Assembly: GCF_036365525.1 (NCBI RefSeq)
Contig: NC_090382.1
Span: forward strand, 111,014,372-111,078,371
Reading direction: 5' to 3'
Source of the DNA: Heterodontus francisci
Lineage: Eukaryota
DNA length: 64,000 nucleotides
Below, piece by piece: positions 47,809-60,268 of this stretch (the first letter of the stretch is position 1; every line of letters starts with the position of its first letter). Below the pieces are notes generated by a model, which was not told the DNA's origin, ran no database searches, and was given only the letters and a program-made list of their open reading frames with translations. The position numbers and the translations under genes were made by a program.

Positions 47809-48127
47809 TTTATTTATTTATTGATACAGCACTGAAACAAGCCCTTTGGCCCACCGAGTTTGTGCCGACCAACAACCACCCATGTATACTAATCCTACAT
47901 TAACCCCATATCCCCTACCACATCCCCACCAGTCTCCTACCACCCACCTACACTGGGGGCAATTTATAATGGCCAATTTACCTATCAACCTGCAGGTCTT
48001 TGGCTGTGGGAGGAAACCGGAGCACCCGGCAGAAACCCACGCGGTCACCGGGAGAACTTGCAAACCCCGCACAGGCAGTACCCAGAACTGAACCCGGGTC
48101 GCTGGAGCTGTGAGGCTGCCGTGCTGA
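47809..48127 (-). mobile_element. tRNA-derived V-SINE (HE1-like), 5'-truncated
   Basis: Reverse complement of the SINE at 56391-56740; ends about 170 bp upstream of the exon 5 CSE. Confidence 0.88.
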
Positions 48128-48296
48128 TATTGCGAGGTACCTCAGGATTTCTGCTGTTATACCGAGTTTACAAATGTTGATGCAAAATAAGCTACTATTT
48201 TGCATGCATTTTGGGGGGATTTTAAATTGCGCACTCCTAAACATTCCTTTTCCTTCTACTGCGAATGCGAAACAGTCCAGCTTTATGAACAGTTGC

Positions 48297-48338
48297 TGCA
48301 ATTATTGGTTGAGGCTCTTCGTGTCGCTGTCTACCAAT
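48297..48338 (+). promoter_or_regulatory. cPcdh promoter CSE, exon 5
   Basis: TGCAATTATTGGTTGAGGCTCTTCGTGTCGCTGTCTACCAAT, identical to the exon 2 element. Confidence 0.88.
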
Positions 48339-48595
48339 AAGAAGCTGATACGCTGCCAGGGATCTACCCCGCTGCCCAGCCAGGGAAACAGAACAGAAGC
48401 GAAGAGAACAGACGGCGCCTGCGTTTCTGCTGTGCGGTCATGTTTAGTAAAGCTGTTCAGGTCGAGTCTTTGCCTTCCTCCAAGTCATATTAGTATATGG
48501 ATGTATATTCAAATACTATTGTCGTGTAAGAGACAAGTTAGCACAATCTATTGGAAGATATATTGACATTTTACAACAACATCTACCCGAGAACA

Positions 48596-50986
48596 ATGGC
48601 GACAATCAGCAGCCGGGCGTCTTTCATTTTCCTGCTTTGGCTGTCGGACCTGGTTTCGGGACAAATTCGCTACTCTATTCCCGAGGAGCAGGATCATGGG
48701 GCCTTTGTAGGGAACGTCGCTGAGGATTTGAGACTAAATATTTGGGAATTATTGGCTCGCAAATTTCGGCTGGTCTCTGATGAAAGGAAGAAATACATGG
48801 AGGTAAATCTGGAAAATGGTATTTTATTTGTTAATGAAAGAATTGACAGAGAACGGATTTGTAGACAGAGCTCTACCTGTTCCCTTTCTTTGCAAATAGT
48901 ACTCGATAATCCTTTGGAAATACATCCCATTAGAGTGGAAATATTAGACGTCAATGATAATTCACCCAGATTTCCGAACAGTGAATTCGGCCTGCAGATC
49001 AGTGAGTCAATTGCGGCAGGGGCGCGCTTTCCTGTCGAGAGCGCGCATGACCTGGACGTGGGCACAAATACAATCAGCACTTACCAGATCAGTCCAAATG
49101 AACACTTTGGCCTCAGAGTTCAGACACGAAATGATGGGAGTAAAAGTGCCGAGTTGTTATTAGAGAAACCCGTGGATCGTGAAGAACAGTCAACCTTTAA
49201 CCTTGTACTGACGGCCATTGACGGTGGCGTACCGCTGAGATCTGGTACAAGTCAGATCTTGATCACTGTAGTGGACGTCAATGATAACGCACCTGTATTC
49301 GATCATGAAATATATAAAACCAGCGTAGCAGAAAACTCCCCCAAAGGGACCTTGGTGATAACAGTCCACGCTTCTGATATAGATGAAGGTTTGAATGCTG
49401 AGCTGACGTATTCTTTTACCAGTCACGTTTCCCAAAGTATTCGCGAATTGTTCAACTTAGATCCAGAAACTGGAGAGATTAAAGTTGAAGGAGGACTGGA
49501 TTTTGAAGAATCAAGTGTTTATGAACTTGATGTCGAAGCTGTGGACAACGCACCAGCAGGTATGGCGGGGCATACCAAAGTTATGGTTGGATTAATAGAT
49601 ACGAATGATAATGTCCCCGAACTGGACGTGACTTTGGTGTCCAGCGTGGTGCGGGAAGATGCTCCTCCAGGGACGGTAATAGCTCTGATCAGTGTTATGG
49701 ATCCAGATTCTGGCGAGTTTGGACACGTACAATGTCACATTTCAGTGCAACTTCCATTTAAACTTCAAAAAACCTTGACAGACAGTTACAAGTTAGTTAC
49801 AAATGATATTTTGGATCGTGAAACCGTCCAGATTTACAACATCTCCATTTCAGCCTGGGACGGCGGGTCTCCTCCTCTTTCTACAAATAAAACCCTCTTA
49901 GTTTCGGTTTCTGATATGAATGACAACGCGCCCCGGTTCACACAATCCTCATATAATGTATATCTGATGGAGAACAACACTCCAGGTGCTTCTATATTTT
50001 CTGTTACCGCTTTGGATTCAGATTTGGACCAGAATGGAGAGATTTTCTATTCTATTCTGGAGACTCAGAATGAAGAGGAACGTGGGTCTGCTTACGTTTC
50101 GATTAACTCAAAAAATGGGAACATTTACGCAGTACGCTCATTTGACTATGAACAATTGAAACATTTCCAGATCAACGTTCAAGCGGAGGATGCTGGTTCC
50201 CCACTACTGAGCAGTGCTGTTACTGTCAGTGTTATTATCTTGGATCAAAATGACAATGCTCCGATTATTGTTTCACCTTTAACGTGGAACAGTTCAGTAT
50301 CAGTGGAGATTGTGCCGCAGTCAATATATCCAGGATACTTAGTTACCAAATTAATTGCGACTGATGCCGATTCCGGTCAGAACTCACGGCTTTCCTATCA
50401 TTTGTTGGAGGCCAATGATCCCAGTCTGTTTACTGTGGGGCTTCTGTCTGGAGAAATCAGAGCAACACAACGTTTAGGGAAGCGAAACATCAGTACAGCA
50501 AGACTGGTCGTCTTCGTGAAGGATAATGGACAGCCAAGTCTCTCTAGTTCGGTCACAATCTCATTTTCAATCTTGTCCAATGTGACTGAAAAGTCTTCTG
50601 AACGAACTGATGAACCTCGACAGTCAGAGTATTTTTCGCATCTGAATCGTTATTTAATCGTCGTATTAGGATCAACTTCTTTTTTGTTTCTTGTAACCAT
50701 CATTTTTCTGGTCAAGCTAAAGTTTAAACAAGACAGGAATATTGCTGAGGACTACAGCTCGACAGTTTGTTGTTCCAGACGGCGGCATTTGGATGATACC
50801 TTCAATCGGAGGTCCCCACCAAACGAACCATTTAAATATAGTGAGTCTGCTCAGACTGAAGGTTATCGTTACACCGTCTGCTTATCACCAGAATCGTCGA
50901 AAAGTGATTTTCTGTTTCTAAAGCCCTGTAATCCTACCTTGCCTTTCAATGACTTGGGTGCCCGGAACACCAACGCAAACAAATGA
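48596..50986 (+). CDS. Clustered protocadherin variable exon 5 (796 aa from ATG 48596)
   Basis: The ORF track starts at a TTG (48551); the homologous ATG in the agaacaATGG context is at 48596. Six cadherin repeats, TM and tail. Confidence 0.95.
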   Translation: MATISSRASFIFLLWLSDLVSGQIRYSIPEEQDHGAFVGNVAEDLRLNIWELLARKFRLVSDERKKYMEVNLENGILFVNERIDRERICRQSSTCSLSLQIVLDNPLEIHPIRVEILDVNDNSPRFPNSEFGLQISESIAAGARFPVESAHDLDVGTNTISTYQISPNEHFGLRVQTRNDGSKSAELLLEKPVDREEQSTFNLVLTAIDGGVPLRSGTSQILITVVDVNDNAPVFDHEIYKTSVAENSPKGTLVITVHASDIDEGLNAELTYSFTSHVSQSIRELFNLDPETGEIKVEGGLDFEESSVYELDVEAVDNAPAGMAGHTKVMVGLIDTNDNVPELDVTLVSSVVREDAPPGTVIALISVMDPDSGEFGHVQCHISVQLPFKLQKTLTDSYKLVTNDILDRETVQIYNISISAWDGGSPPLSTNKTLLVSVSDMNDNAPRFTQSSYNVYLMENNTPGASIFSVTALDSDLDQNGEIFYSILETQNEEERGSAYVSINSKNGNIYAVRSFDYEQLKHFQINVQAEDAGSPLLSSAVTVSVIILDQNDNAPIIVSPLTWNSSVSVEIVPQSIYPGYLVTKLIATDADSGQNSRLSYHLLEANDPSLFTVGLLSGEIRATQRLGKRNISTARLVVFVKDNGQPSLSSSVTISFSILSNVTEKSSERTDEPRQSEYFSHLNRYLIVVLGSTSFLFLVTIIFLVKLKFKQDRNIAEDYSSTVCCSRRRHLDDTFNRRSPPNEPFKYSESAQTEGYRYTVCLSPESSKSDFLFLKPCNPTLPFNDLGARNTNANK

Positions 50987-51604
50987 GTTAGAAGTAATTT
51001 CAATGCTGGGGGTAGCAGATAATTCATTTTGGTGAAGAGCTATGTGCTATGCTTTGAATTAGTGGGTAAGTTTTTTTGTGTACGCCTATATCCTCATGTT
51101 GATAGTAATAGACCTGATAAGGCAAATTGTTTACTGCTGTTCGAACGTTCTTATGTTTCAATGTTCAATGATGCTGAATATACCTGCCGCTTGCCAGACA
51201 GCCCTGAGCAATGCACAGTTAACGTTAGTATGAAACCTGATGTGTGATTGTTACAATTTTTATATTGTCGAAGCACATAGCAATGTGTTCTCTGTCAATC
51301 CTCTCTCCGCTGCTCTACTGATGTTGTATTGCATGTATATTGAACTGGTTAATGTGATCAGAATAATTATAGGGCTTGGAATGTATTGGACCGTGACTAT
51401 AATGTTTTCGTAAAACTTAAACGCTTTCTTCCCGATACCACGCGGAATTAAATTCTTTGGCGTTATCAGTGCGAGCACTGAAAATATTGACGGATTTCAT
51501 TAAATACGTCCGCCTGAAAATGTTACATATTTCCCCAAGAAAATTATATAGCAATTAAACAGAATATGTAAAGACAAATACGTTTTTAGCTGTGTTCCAG
51601 ACTT

Positions 51605-52625
51605 GTTTTTATTTATTCGTTCATGGGATGTGGGCGTCGCTGGCTGGGCCAGCAATTATTGCCCATCCCACATACTCTTCAGAAGTTGGTGATGAGCTGC
51701 CTTCTTGAAACGCTGCAGCCCTTGGAGTGTAGATCTGCCAATAGTGCTGTTGAGAAGGGAGTTTTAGGATTTCGACCCAGCAACAGTGAAGGAAACAGCG
51801 ATATAGTTCCAAGTCAGGATGCGGTGTGGCTTGGAGGGGAACTTGTTCCCATACAGCTGCTGCCCTTGTACTTCTAAGTGGTACAGGTCGCATGTTTGTA
51901 AGGCACTGTCGGAGGACCCTTGCTGAGTTGTTGCAGTGCATCTTGTAGATGGCACACATTGCTGCCACTGTGCATCGGTGGTGAAGGGAATGAATGTTGA
52001 AGGACGTGGATCGGGTGCCAATCAAGTTGGCTGCTTTGTTCTGGATGGTGTCGAGCTTCTTGAGCGTGGTTGGAGCTGGAACCATCTAGGCGAGTAGAGA
52101 GGATTCCATCACACTCTTGACTTGTGCCTTGTAGATGGTGAATGGGCACTAGGGAGATAGGAGGTGAGTTGTTTGCCGCAGAATTCCTAACCTCCAGCCT
52201 GCTGTTGTAGCTGCAGTATTAATGTGGCTGGTCCAGTTCGGTTTCTGGTCAATGGTAAATTCTAGGATGTTGATAGTGGCGGATTCAGCAATGGTAATGC
52301 CATTGAACATCAAGAAGGGATGGTTAGATTCCCCCTTGTTTGAGATGACTATTGCCTGACACTTGTGTGGTGTGAATGTTACTTGCCACTTATCAATCTA
52401 AGCCTGGATGTTGTCCAGGTCTTGCTGCATTTGGTGATAGGCTACTCCAGTATCTGAGGAGTCACAAATGGCTTGGGAGCTACCCTGAGGAACTCCTGCA
52501 GTGATGCCCTGGGACTGAGATTATTGAACTCCAACAACCACTACCATTTTGCTTTGTGCTGGTTATGACTCCAACCAGTGGAGAGTTTTCACCCTGATTC
52601 CCATTGACTCCAATTTTGCTAGTGT
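51605..52625 (-). mobile_element. CR1/L2-superfamily LINE 3' fragment (same family as 1-735)
   Basis: PTTLKKLDTIQNKAA..HHRCTVAAMCAIYKMHCNN..QVPLQATPHPDLELYR. Confidence 0.88.
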
Positions 52626-52644
52626 TCGTTTCTGTGCTAGTGTT

Positions 52645-54955
52645 CATAAACACTGAAAATAGGAGCAGGAGTAGGCCATTCGACCCTTCGAGCCTGCTAC
52701 GCTATTCATTATGATCATGGCTGATCATCCAACTCAATAGCCTGTTCCCGCTTTCGCCCATACCCTTTGATCCCTTTAGACCCAAGAGCTATATTTAACT
52801 CCTTAAAAACATACAATGTTTTGGCCTCAACTGCTTTCTGTGGTAGCGAATTCCATAGCCTCACCACTCCCTGGGTGAAGAAATTCCCCCTCATCTCACT
52901 CCTGTAAGGTTTACCCCATATCCTTAGACTATGACCCCTGGTTCGTGACTCCCCTACCATCGGGAACGTCCTTCCTGCATCTACCCTGTCAAGTCCTGTT
53001 AGAACTTTATAGGTTTCTATGAGACCCCCCCTCACTCTTCTGAACTCCAGCGAATATAATCCTAACCGACTCAATCTTTCCTCATCCCAGGAATCAGTCT
53101 GGTAAACCTTCGCTGCACTCCCTCAATAGCAAGAACATCCTTCCTCAGATAAGGAGACCAAAACTGCACACAATATTCCAGGTGTGGCCTCACCAAGGCC
53201 TTGTATAATTGCAGCAAGACATCCCTGCTCCTGTATTCGAATCCTCTCGCTATGAAGGCCTACATACCATTTGCCTTTTTTACTGCCTGTTGGACCTGCA
53301 AGCTTACCTTCAGCGACTGGTTTACGAGAACACCCAAGTCTCGCTTCATATACCCCTCTCTCAGTTTATAGCCGTGAAGATAATAATCAGCCTTCCTGTT
53401 TTTGCTATCAAAGTGGTAACCTCACATTTATCCACATTATACTCCTTCTGCCATGCATTTGCCCATTCACTCAACTTGTCCACATAACCCTGAAGCCTCT
53501 CTGCATCCTCCTCACAACTCACCCTCCCACCCAGTTTTGTGTCATCTGCAAATTTGGAGATATTACATTTAGTTCGCTCATCTAAATCATTAATATATTT
53601 TGTGAATAGGTGGGGTCCTAGCATTGATCCCTGCGGTACCCCATTGGTCACTGCCTACCATTCGGAAAAAGACCCATTTATCCTGTTTCCTGTCTGCCAA
53701 CCAATTTTCTATCCATCTCAATGCACGACCCCCAATCCCATGCGTTTTAATTTTTCATGCTAATCTCTTATGTGGGACATTCTCGAAAGCCTTCTGAAAG
53801 TCCAAATAAACCAGATCCACTGGCTCCACCTCATCAACTCTACTAGTTACATCCTCGAAGAATTCTAGTGGATTTGTCAAGTATGACAAATCCATGCTGA
53901 CTCTGCCCGATTCTACCACTGTTCTCTAAGTCCTCTGCTGTAAAATCTTTGATAATGGACTCTTGAATTTTCCCCACTAACAACGTCAGGCTGACTGGTC
54001 TATAATTCCTTGCTTTCTCTCTACCTCCCTTTTTAAATAGTGGGGTTACATTAGCTACCTTCCAATCTGTAGGAACTGTTCCAAAGTCTATAGAATCTTG
54101 GAAGATGACCACCAATGCATCCACTATTTCTAGGGCAATTTCCGTTTGCACTCGAGGATGCATACCATCCGGCCCTGGGGATTTATTGGCCTTCAATCCC
54201 AACAATTTTCCCAACACCATTTCTCTCCTCATACTGATTTCCTTCAGTTCCTCTCTCTCACTAAGCCCTCTGTTCCCCAACATTTCTGATATATTTGTGT
54301 CCTCCTTTGTAATGTCAGAACCGAAGTGTGCATTTAGTTGGTCAGCCATTTCTTTGCTCCCCATAATAAATTCTCCCGTTTCTGACTGTAAGAGATCTAC
54401 ATTTGTCTTCACCAATCTTTTTCTCTTCACGTACCTATAGAAACTTGTATAGTCAGTTTTTGTGTTCCCCTTTGCAAACCTGCTCTCGTACTCTATTTTC
54501 CCCTTCTTAATCAATCCCTTGGTCCTCCTTTGCTGAATTCTAAACTGCTCCCAATTCTCAGGTCTATTGTTTTTTCTGGAAAATTTATATGCCTCTTCCT
54601 TGGATCTAATGCTATCTCTAATTTTCCTTGTCAGCCATGGTTTAGCTACCTTTCCCGTGTAGCTTTTGTGCCAGACAGGGATAAACAATTGTTGCAGTTC
54701 ATCCATGTGCTCTTTAAATATTTGCCATTGCCTATCCATGGTCATCCCTTTAAATAACGTTTCCCAATCCGTCATAGCCAACTCATGCCTCGTACCTTCG
54801 TAGTTTCCTTACCTATTCAGGACCTATTCTCAGAATCAACTACGTCACTCTCTATGTTGATGAAGAATTCTATCATATTATGGTCGCTCATCCCCAAGGG
54901 GTTTTGCACCACTAGATTGTCAATTATTCCTCTCTCATTACACAATACCCAGGCT
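52645..54955 (-). mobile_element. Relatively young CR1 LINE (RT region)
   Basis: 312-aa ORF with KSPGPDGMHPRV..NYRPVSLT; GVPQGSMLGP..KFADDTKLGG; LYSLEFRRVRG. Confidence 0.92.
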
Positions 54956-54956
54956 A

Positions 54957-55240
54957 GGAGTCATAGAGTTATACAGAACAGAAACAGGCCCTCCGGCCCA
55001 TCGTGTCTGCACCTGCCATCAAGCAGGTAACTATTCTAGTCCCATTTTCCAACACTCGGCACATAGCCTTGTATGCTATGGCGTTTCAAGTGCTCATCTA
55101 AATACTTCTTAAATGTTGTGAGGGTTCCTGCCTCAACCACCCCTTCAGCAGCGTATTCCCGATTCCAACCACCCGCTTGGTGAAAAATCTTTTCCTCAAA
55201 TCCCCTCTAAACCTCCTGCACCTTACCTTAAATCTATGCC
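54957..55240 (-). mobile_element. CR1 3'-end fragment
   Basis: gtcatagagttatacag..aggccctccggccca, the reverse complement of a CR1 tail. Confidence 0.7.
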
Positions 55241-58200
55241 CGCTCTGCCATTCAAACAGATCATGGTTGTTCATCTACCGCTCCAGGACTTTTCCCCCAA
55301 AATGCCCATATCCCATGGTGTCGTTAGTATCCATAAATCTATCGATTTCTGTATTGAACATGCTCAATGATTGAGCTTCCAAAGCCCTCTGTGATAGAGA
55401 ATTCCATAGATTCACCACCCTCTGAGTAAAGAAAAATCCTTCTAATCTCAGTCTTAAGTGGCTGGCCCCTTATTCTGCGTCTATGTCCCCTGGTTGTAGA
55501 CTCACCAGCCGGAGGAAACATTCTATCCACACCAACCCCGTCACGCCCTCTAAGAGTTTTGTAAATTTCAATGAGATCACCTCTCATTCTTCGAAACTCT
55601 AGAGATTGCAGACTCATTTTCTGCAATCTTTCCTCATAAGACAACCCCACCATCCCAGGGATTAGTCTGGTGAACCTCCGTTGCACTCCCTCCATGACAA
55701 ATATACCCTTCCTTAAATTAGCAGACGAAAACTGTACATAATACTCAATGTGCAGTCTCACCAAGGCTTTATATAATTGAAGCAATACATCTTTACGCCT
55801 GCACTCAAATCCCCTTGCAATGAAGGCCAACATAGCTTTTGCTTTCTTAATTGCTTGCTGCACCTGCACACCAGCTTTTCGTGACTCATGAACAATGACA
55901 TCCATGTCTCTTTCGACATCAACACTTCCCAACATCTCACCATTTGAGAAATCCTCTGCCTTTCTGTATTTTTCCTGCAAAGTGGATCACTTCACACTTA
56001 TTCGCATTATATGCCATCTGCCATGTTCTTGTCCATTCACGTTACCTGTCCATATCCCCTTGAAGCTTCCTTGCATCCTCGTTACAACATACATTCCCTC
56101 CTAGTTTTGTGTCATCAGCAAATTTGGAAATATTACAATTGGTTCCCCCATCCAGATCATTTATATGGATTGTGAACAGCTGAGGCTTAAGCACGGATCA
56201 CACTAGTAACAGCCAGCCATCCTGCGAATGACCCATTTATTCCTACTCTCTGTTTTCCGTCTGTTAACCAGTTCTCAATCCATACCAGTATATTACCCCC
56301 AATCCCATGTGCTCTAATTTTGTTTACTAACCTCCTGTGTGGGATCTTATCAAAATCCTTCTGAAAATCCAAATGTACCACATCCAATGGGGCGGCACAG
56401 TGGCGCAGTGGTTAGCACCGCAGCCTCACAGTTCCAGGGACCCGGGTTCGATTCCGGGTACTGCCTGTGTGGAGTTTGCAAGTTCTCCCTGTGTCTGCGT
56501 GGGTTTTCTCCGGGTGCTCCGGTTTCCTCCCACAAGCCAAAAGACTTGCAGGTTGATAGGTAAATTGGCCATTATAAATTGTCACCAGTAGAGGTAGGTG
56601 GTAGGGAAATATAGGGACAGGTGGGGATGTTTGGTAGGAATATGGGATTAGTGTCGGATTAGTATCAATGGGTGGTTGATGTTCGGCACAGACTCGGTGG
56701 GCCGAAGGGCCTGTTTCAGTGCTGTATCTCTAATCTAATCAATGGTTCTCCTTCATCTCTGCTATAGGTAACATCCTCAAAGAATTCCAGCAGGTTTGTC
56801 AAACATGATTTCCCTTTCACAAATCCATGTTTATTCTGCCCAATCATATCATTATTTCCCAAGAGTCCAGTTATCTCAGCCTTTATAATAGATTCTAACA
56901 TTTTTTCCTACTACTGACGTTGAACTAGCAGGTCTGTTGTTCTCTGTTTTCTCTCTCGCTCCCTTCTTAAATAGTGGGGTTACATTTGCTACTTTCCAGT
57001 CTGCTGAAACCCTTCCAGAATCTATAAAACTTTGAGAGATAACCATCAATGCATCAAATATCTCTATAGGCACCTCCTTTAATGTTCTGAGATGTAGCTC
57101 ATCAGGTCCAGGGGATTTATCAACTTTCAATCCAATTTTTGTTTCGTGTACTACCTCTTTATTGATACTAATTACTTTCAATTGCTCATTTTTACAAGTC
57201 CCTTGGTTCCCTAGTATTTCTGGAAAATGTTCTGTGTCTTCCTCTGTGAAGACAGACACAACGTTATTGTTTAGTCTCTCCTCCATTTCCTCAATCTTCA
57301 CAAACTCTTCTCTCTCTGTGTGAAATGGACCCACATTCATCCTTGCTAATCATTTCATTTTCACGTACATAAAGAAGTTTTTAGAGTCTGCCTTGTGTTT
57401 CTAGCTAGCTTGTATTTGTAATACCTTTTCTATTTCTTTATCAGTTTCTTAGTCCTCAGTTGTTAGACGCTAAATTGCTCCCCATATTCGTGCTTACCAC
57501 TTTTTCTGGCGACATTATAATCCACTTCCTTTGACTTAATACAATTTTTTTTTCTAAGCTACGGTTGATTCACCTTCCCAGTTGTGTTTTTGTGTCTTAG
57601 AGGAATGAATATTTGTTGTAAACCGTGTAATACTTCTTTAAACACCAGCCATTGCCTGTCCACCATCAAATCATTTAATGTACTTTCCCAATCCACCATA
57701 GTCAACTTGCCCCTAATACCTTCATAGTTTACTTTGTTCAGATTTCAGAATGAACTGTATCTTTTTAAATGTAGTGTAGAATTCTATCATATTGTGGTCA
57801 CTGTTTCCTAATGGCTCCTTTACAGCAAGTTTTTAATTAGCCCTTTCTCATTGCATAATACTAAATCTAAAATAGCCCGATCCCTAGTTGGTTCATCAAC
57901 ATACTGCTCCAGAAACGCATGTTGTACACACTCCAGGAATTCATCCTCCACAGCATTAGCGCTAATTCGGTTTACCCAATCTATATGTAAATTTAAGTCA
58001 CCTGTTATTACAGTAATGCCCAGGCTACATGCATCTGTAATTTCCTGATTTATACCGTGCCCAACATTGCCACCAAAGTCTGGTGGCCTATAAACAACTC
58101 ATACCAATGTTTTCTGCCCCTTGCTGTTTTTTGTAGCTCCATCCAAACTGATTCCACATCTTGATCATCGATCTAAGATCCTCTCTCACCAATGTTCTGA

Positions 58201-58380
58201 TCTTGTCCCTTATTAACAGAACTACCCTACCTCCTTTTCCCCTCTGTCTATCTGCTTAAATGACGTATATTCCTGAATATTCAGTTCCCAGTCCTGATCA
58301 CCCTGTAACCACGTCTCCATAATGGCAATTAAATCATACCCATTTAACTATATTTGTGCCTTGAAATCATCTAGCTTGTT
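55241..58380 (-). mobile_element. Decayed CR1 ORF2 (APE and RT), split by a SINE
   Basis: LYKALVRLHIEY..; LDFQKDFDKIPH; HGFVKGKSCLTNLLEFFEDVT; KSPGPDELH. Confidence 0.9.
56391..56740 (+). mobile_element. Full-length tRNA-derived V-SINE (HE1-like)
   Basis: Pol III A box TGGCGCAGTGG, B box GGTTCGATTCC, V-domain-like ctccctgtgtctgcgtgggttttctccgggtgctccggtttcctccca, CR1-like 3' end, TSD CAATGG (56385-56390 / 56740-56745). Confidence 0.92.
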
Positions 58381-58439
58381 CACTGCTGATTTGTTTTAAC
58401 TTTTTGCAAACCCAGCAGGGCAGATTTCCAGCCACAGCT

Positions 58440-58650
58440 GCAGATTGCCTTTCTGCTCTTCCAGATAAGTGTGGGTTTTTTAGACCCGGTCTTGATTTAT
58501 AGGTGCCTCTACGGTGCGGATTCCTCCCAGGTCTGCTGCCTTTCAGGTCTTCCAGGTAAATGTGGGCCTCTAGCCCCGGTCTTGATTTGTCGGTGGCTCT
58601 CCGGTGCGATTCCTCCCAGGTACGCTATCTCTCCTGTTTTCCAGGTAAGT
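58440..58650. repeat. Tandem repeat, about 90-bp unit (2 copies plus a partial)
   Basis: tagacccggtcttgattt at 58481 and tagccccggtcttgattt at 58571; units end ttccag(g/a)taa(a/g)t. Confidence 0.8.
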
Positions 58651-58739
58651 CAAAAAATTGACTCGTAGAACTATTGGGAGAACAGCTCTATCATTAACAC
58701 AGTGAAGGTTAGCATTGACACTCAACAAATGAAAAGACA

Positions 58740-59080
58740 GGTTTGATATTTTGGGAGTGCCGCTGAGATTGTCGGCCTTGCGATCAAGATCTAGGGTTTT
58801 GATAAAGCAACTAAGGAGAGACGGTTTCCACTGACAGAAAGCTTGGTAACCAGAGGACACAGAATTTATCTAATTGGCAAAAAAAGCGACATGAGGAAAA
58901 TGTGGTGTATGCAGCGAGTTGTTACGGTCTGGAAAGCACTGGCTGAAAGGACGGTGGAAGCAGATTCAATAATAACTAATTGAAGCGCAAAAGTTTTCAT
59001 GACTGTAGGGCGAGAGCAACGGAGTGGAACAAAGGCACATGGCTCGAATGACTTCCTCATGTAATTTCTATGATCTATGC
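58740..59080 (+). mobile_element. CR1 3' fragment
   Basis: aaccagaggacacagaattt..ggctcgaatgacttcctcatgtaatttctatga. Confidence 0.65.
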
Positions 59081-59929
59081 TTGTCTAATTCTATGCGTCT
59101 AAGCGACGTTGACCAATAAAATAACAGCGACTGGTAATGTGCTTAACGTCATTTAGACACTGGACAAACCCCTTGCCCGAGGATAAAATTGTAAACATGC
59201 TTATGGCAGGTAGAAGCAGTGGACAGCAACCCTTGCAAACAATCTGAATGCATGTCAATGTGTCTAATGCCGGCAGAGTGGATATTGTAATACATGGCTC
59301 GTATTGCTGTTTCGCTACCTTTGCTGCTGTTTCTTGATTAACGATTAATCGTCTGTTGTAATTAATCGGAACGTAGAGCACTGCAAAACACAAAAGGAGC
59401 TGCAGGAATTATCGAATACAAACCAGATCTCCCTACTCTCTGACCATTGCCAGAAAACTTGTGGCTCCTTTAGTGGATTTACATTCAACCAGCAGAAGTT
59501 TATATCCACCTCAAAACATAACGCCGGTTCACCCATCACGAATGGAAGGAATTTAATTTGTTATATAATAATAAGGCGGAAAATTCAATGCAGATCAAAG
59601 CGTTTAATCAATTATTGAATTATTAATCTTAAAAGTTATTTTGTCCAATGCAGCTACTGAACCGTGTTAAAACGCAAATACTTGGTCTTGAGCAACACTT
59701 CTGTTGGAATGGAAATGTAATATATCTTTTAAACAGTATCATAGAATAGATGAAAAAGAAATCTATTCCTGAAAACCTCAACTGGTCAGACATGTTAACG
59801 TATTTGGTGACTAAATTGCAGATTCTGTTTTGATCCCAGAACTGATATGTTGTACCTATCAGGAAAACCAAGAGGCCGGAGATGTTTTATTTGTAAAAGA
59901 GATGATGCTGACCGGATAGAGATTTATAA

Positions 59930-60268
59930 AAAAATGAATGTGTTTGTTAGGAAGACGCACAGCAAATGATTCCACCTGGGGGTAACATCAGAACTTGGGA
60001 CCATAAATTTGATAGTCACTAATAAATCCAAGAGGTAGTTAAGAAGCATAGAGCTCTCAGGTACAGGAGTAGATGAAGCGAATAACATAGATGCATTTAA
60101 GGGGATTCTAGATAAACACATCATGGAGAAATGAATCGAAGTACATATTGTTGAAGTTGGATGAAGAAGCGTCGGAGAAGGCTCCTATGCGGCATAAAAG
60201 CTGACATGGACCTGTTGGGCCGAGTGGTCTGTTTCTGTGCTGTACGTACTATGTAATAATATGTAATA
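59930..60268 (+). mobile_element. CR1-type 3' fragment
   Basis: atagatgcatttaaggggattctagataaacaca..gggccgagtggtctgtttctgtgctgta. Confidence 0.65.

Noticed and set aside
53843-54781. 312-aa ORF as a host gene or active RT
   Set aside because: Internal piece of CR1 ORF2 with frameshifts on both sides; not autonomous.
56391-56465. tRNA-like sequence with A and B boxes
   Set aside because: It is the head of a SINE (followed by V-domain, LINE-like tail and TSD), not a tRNA gene.
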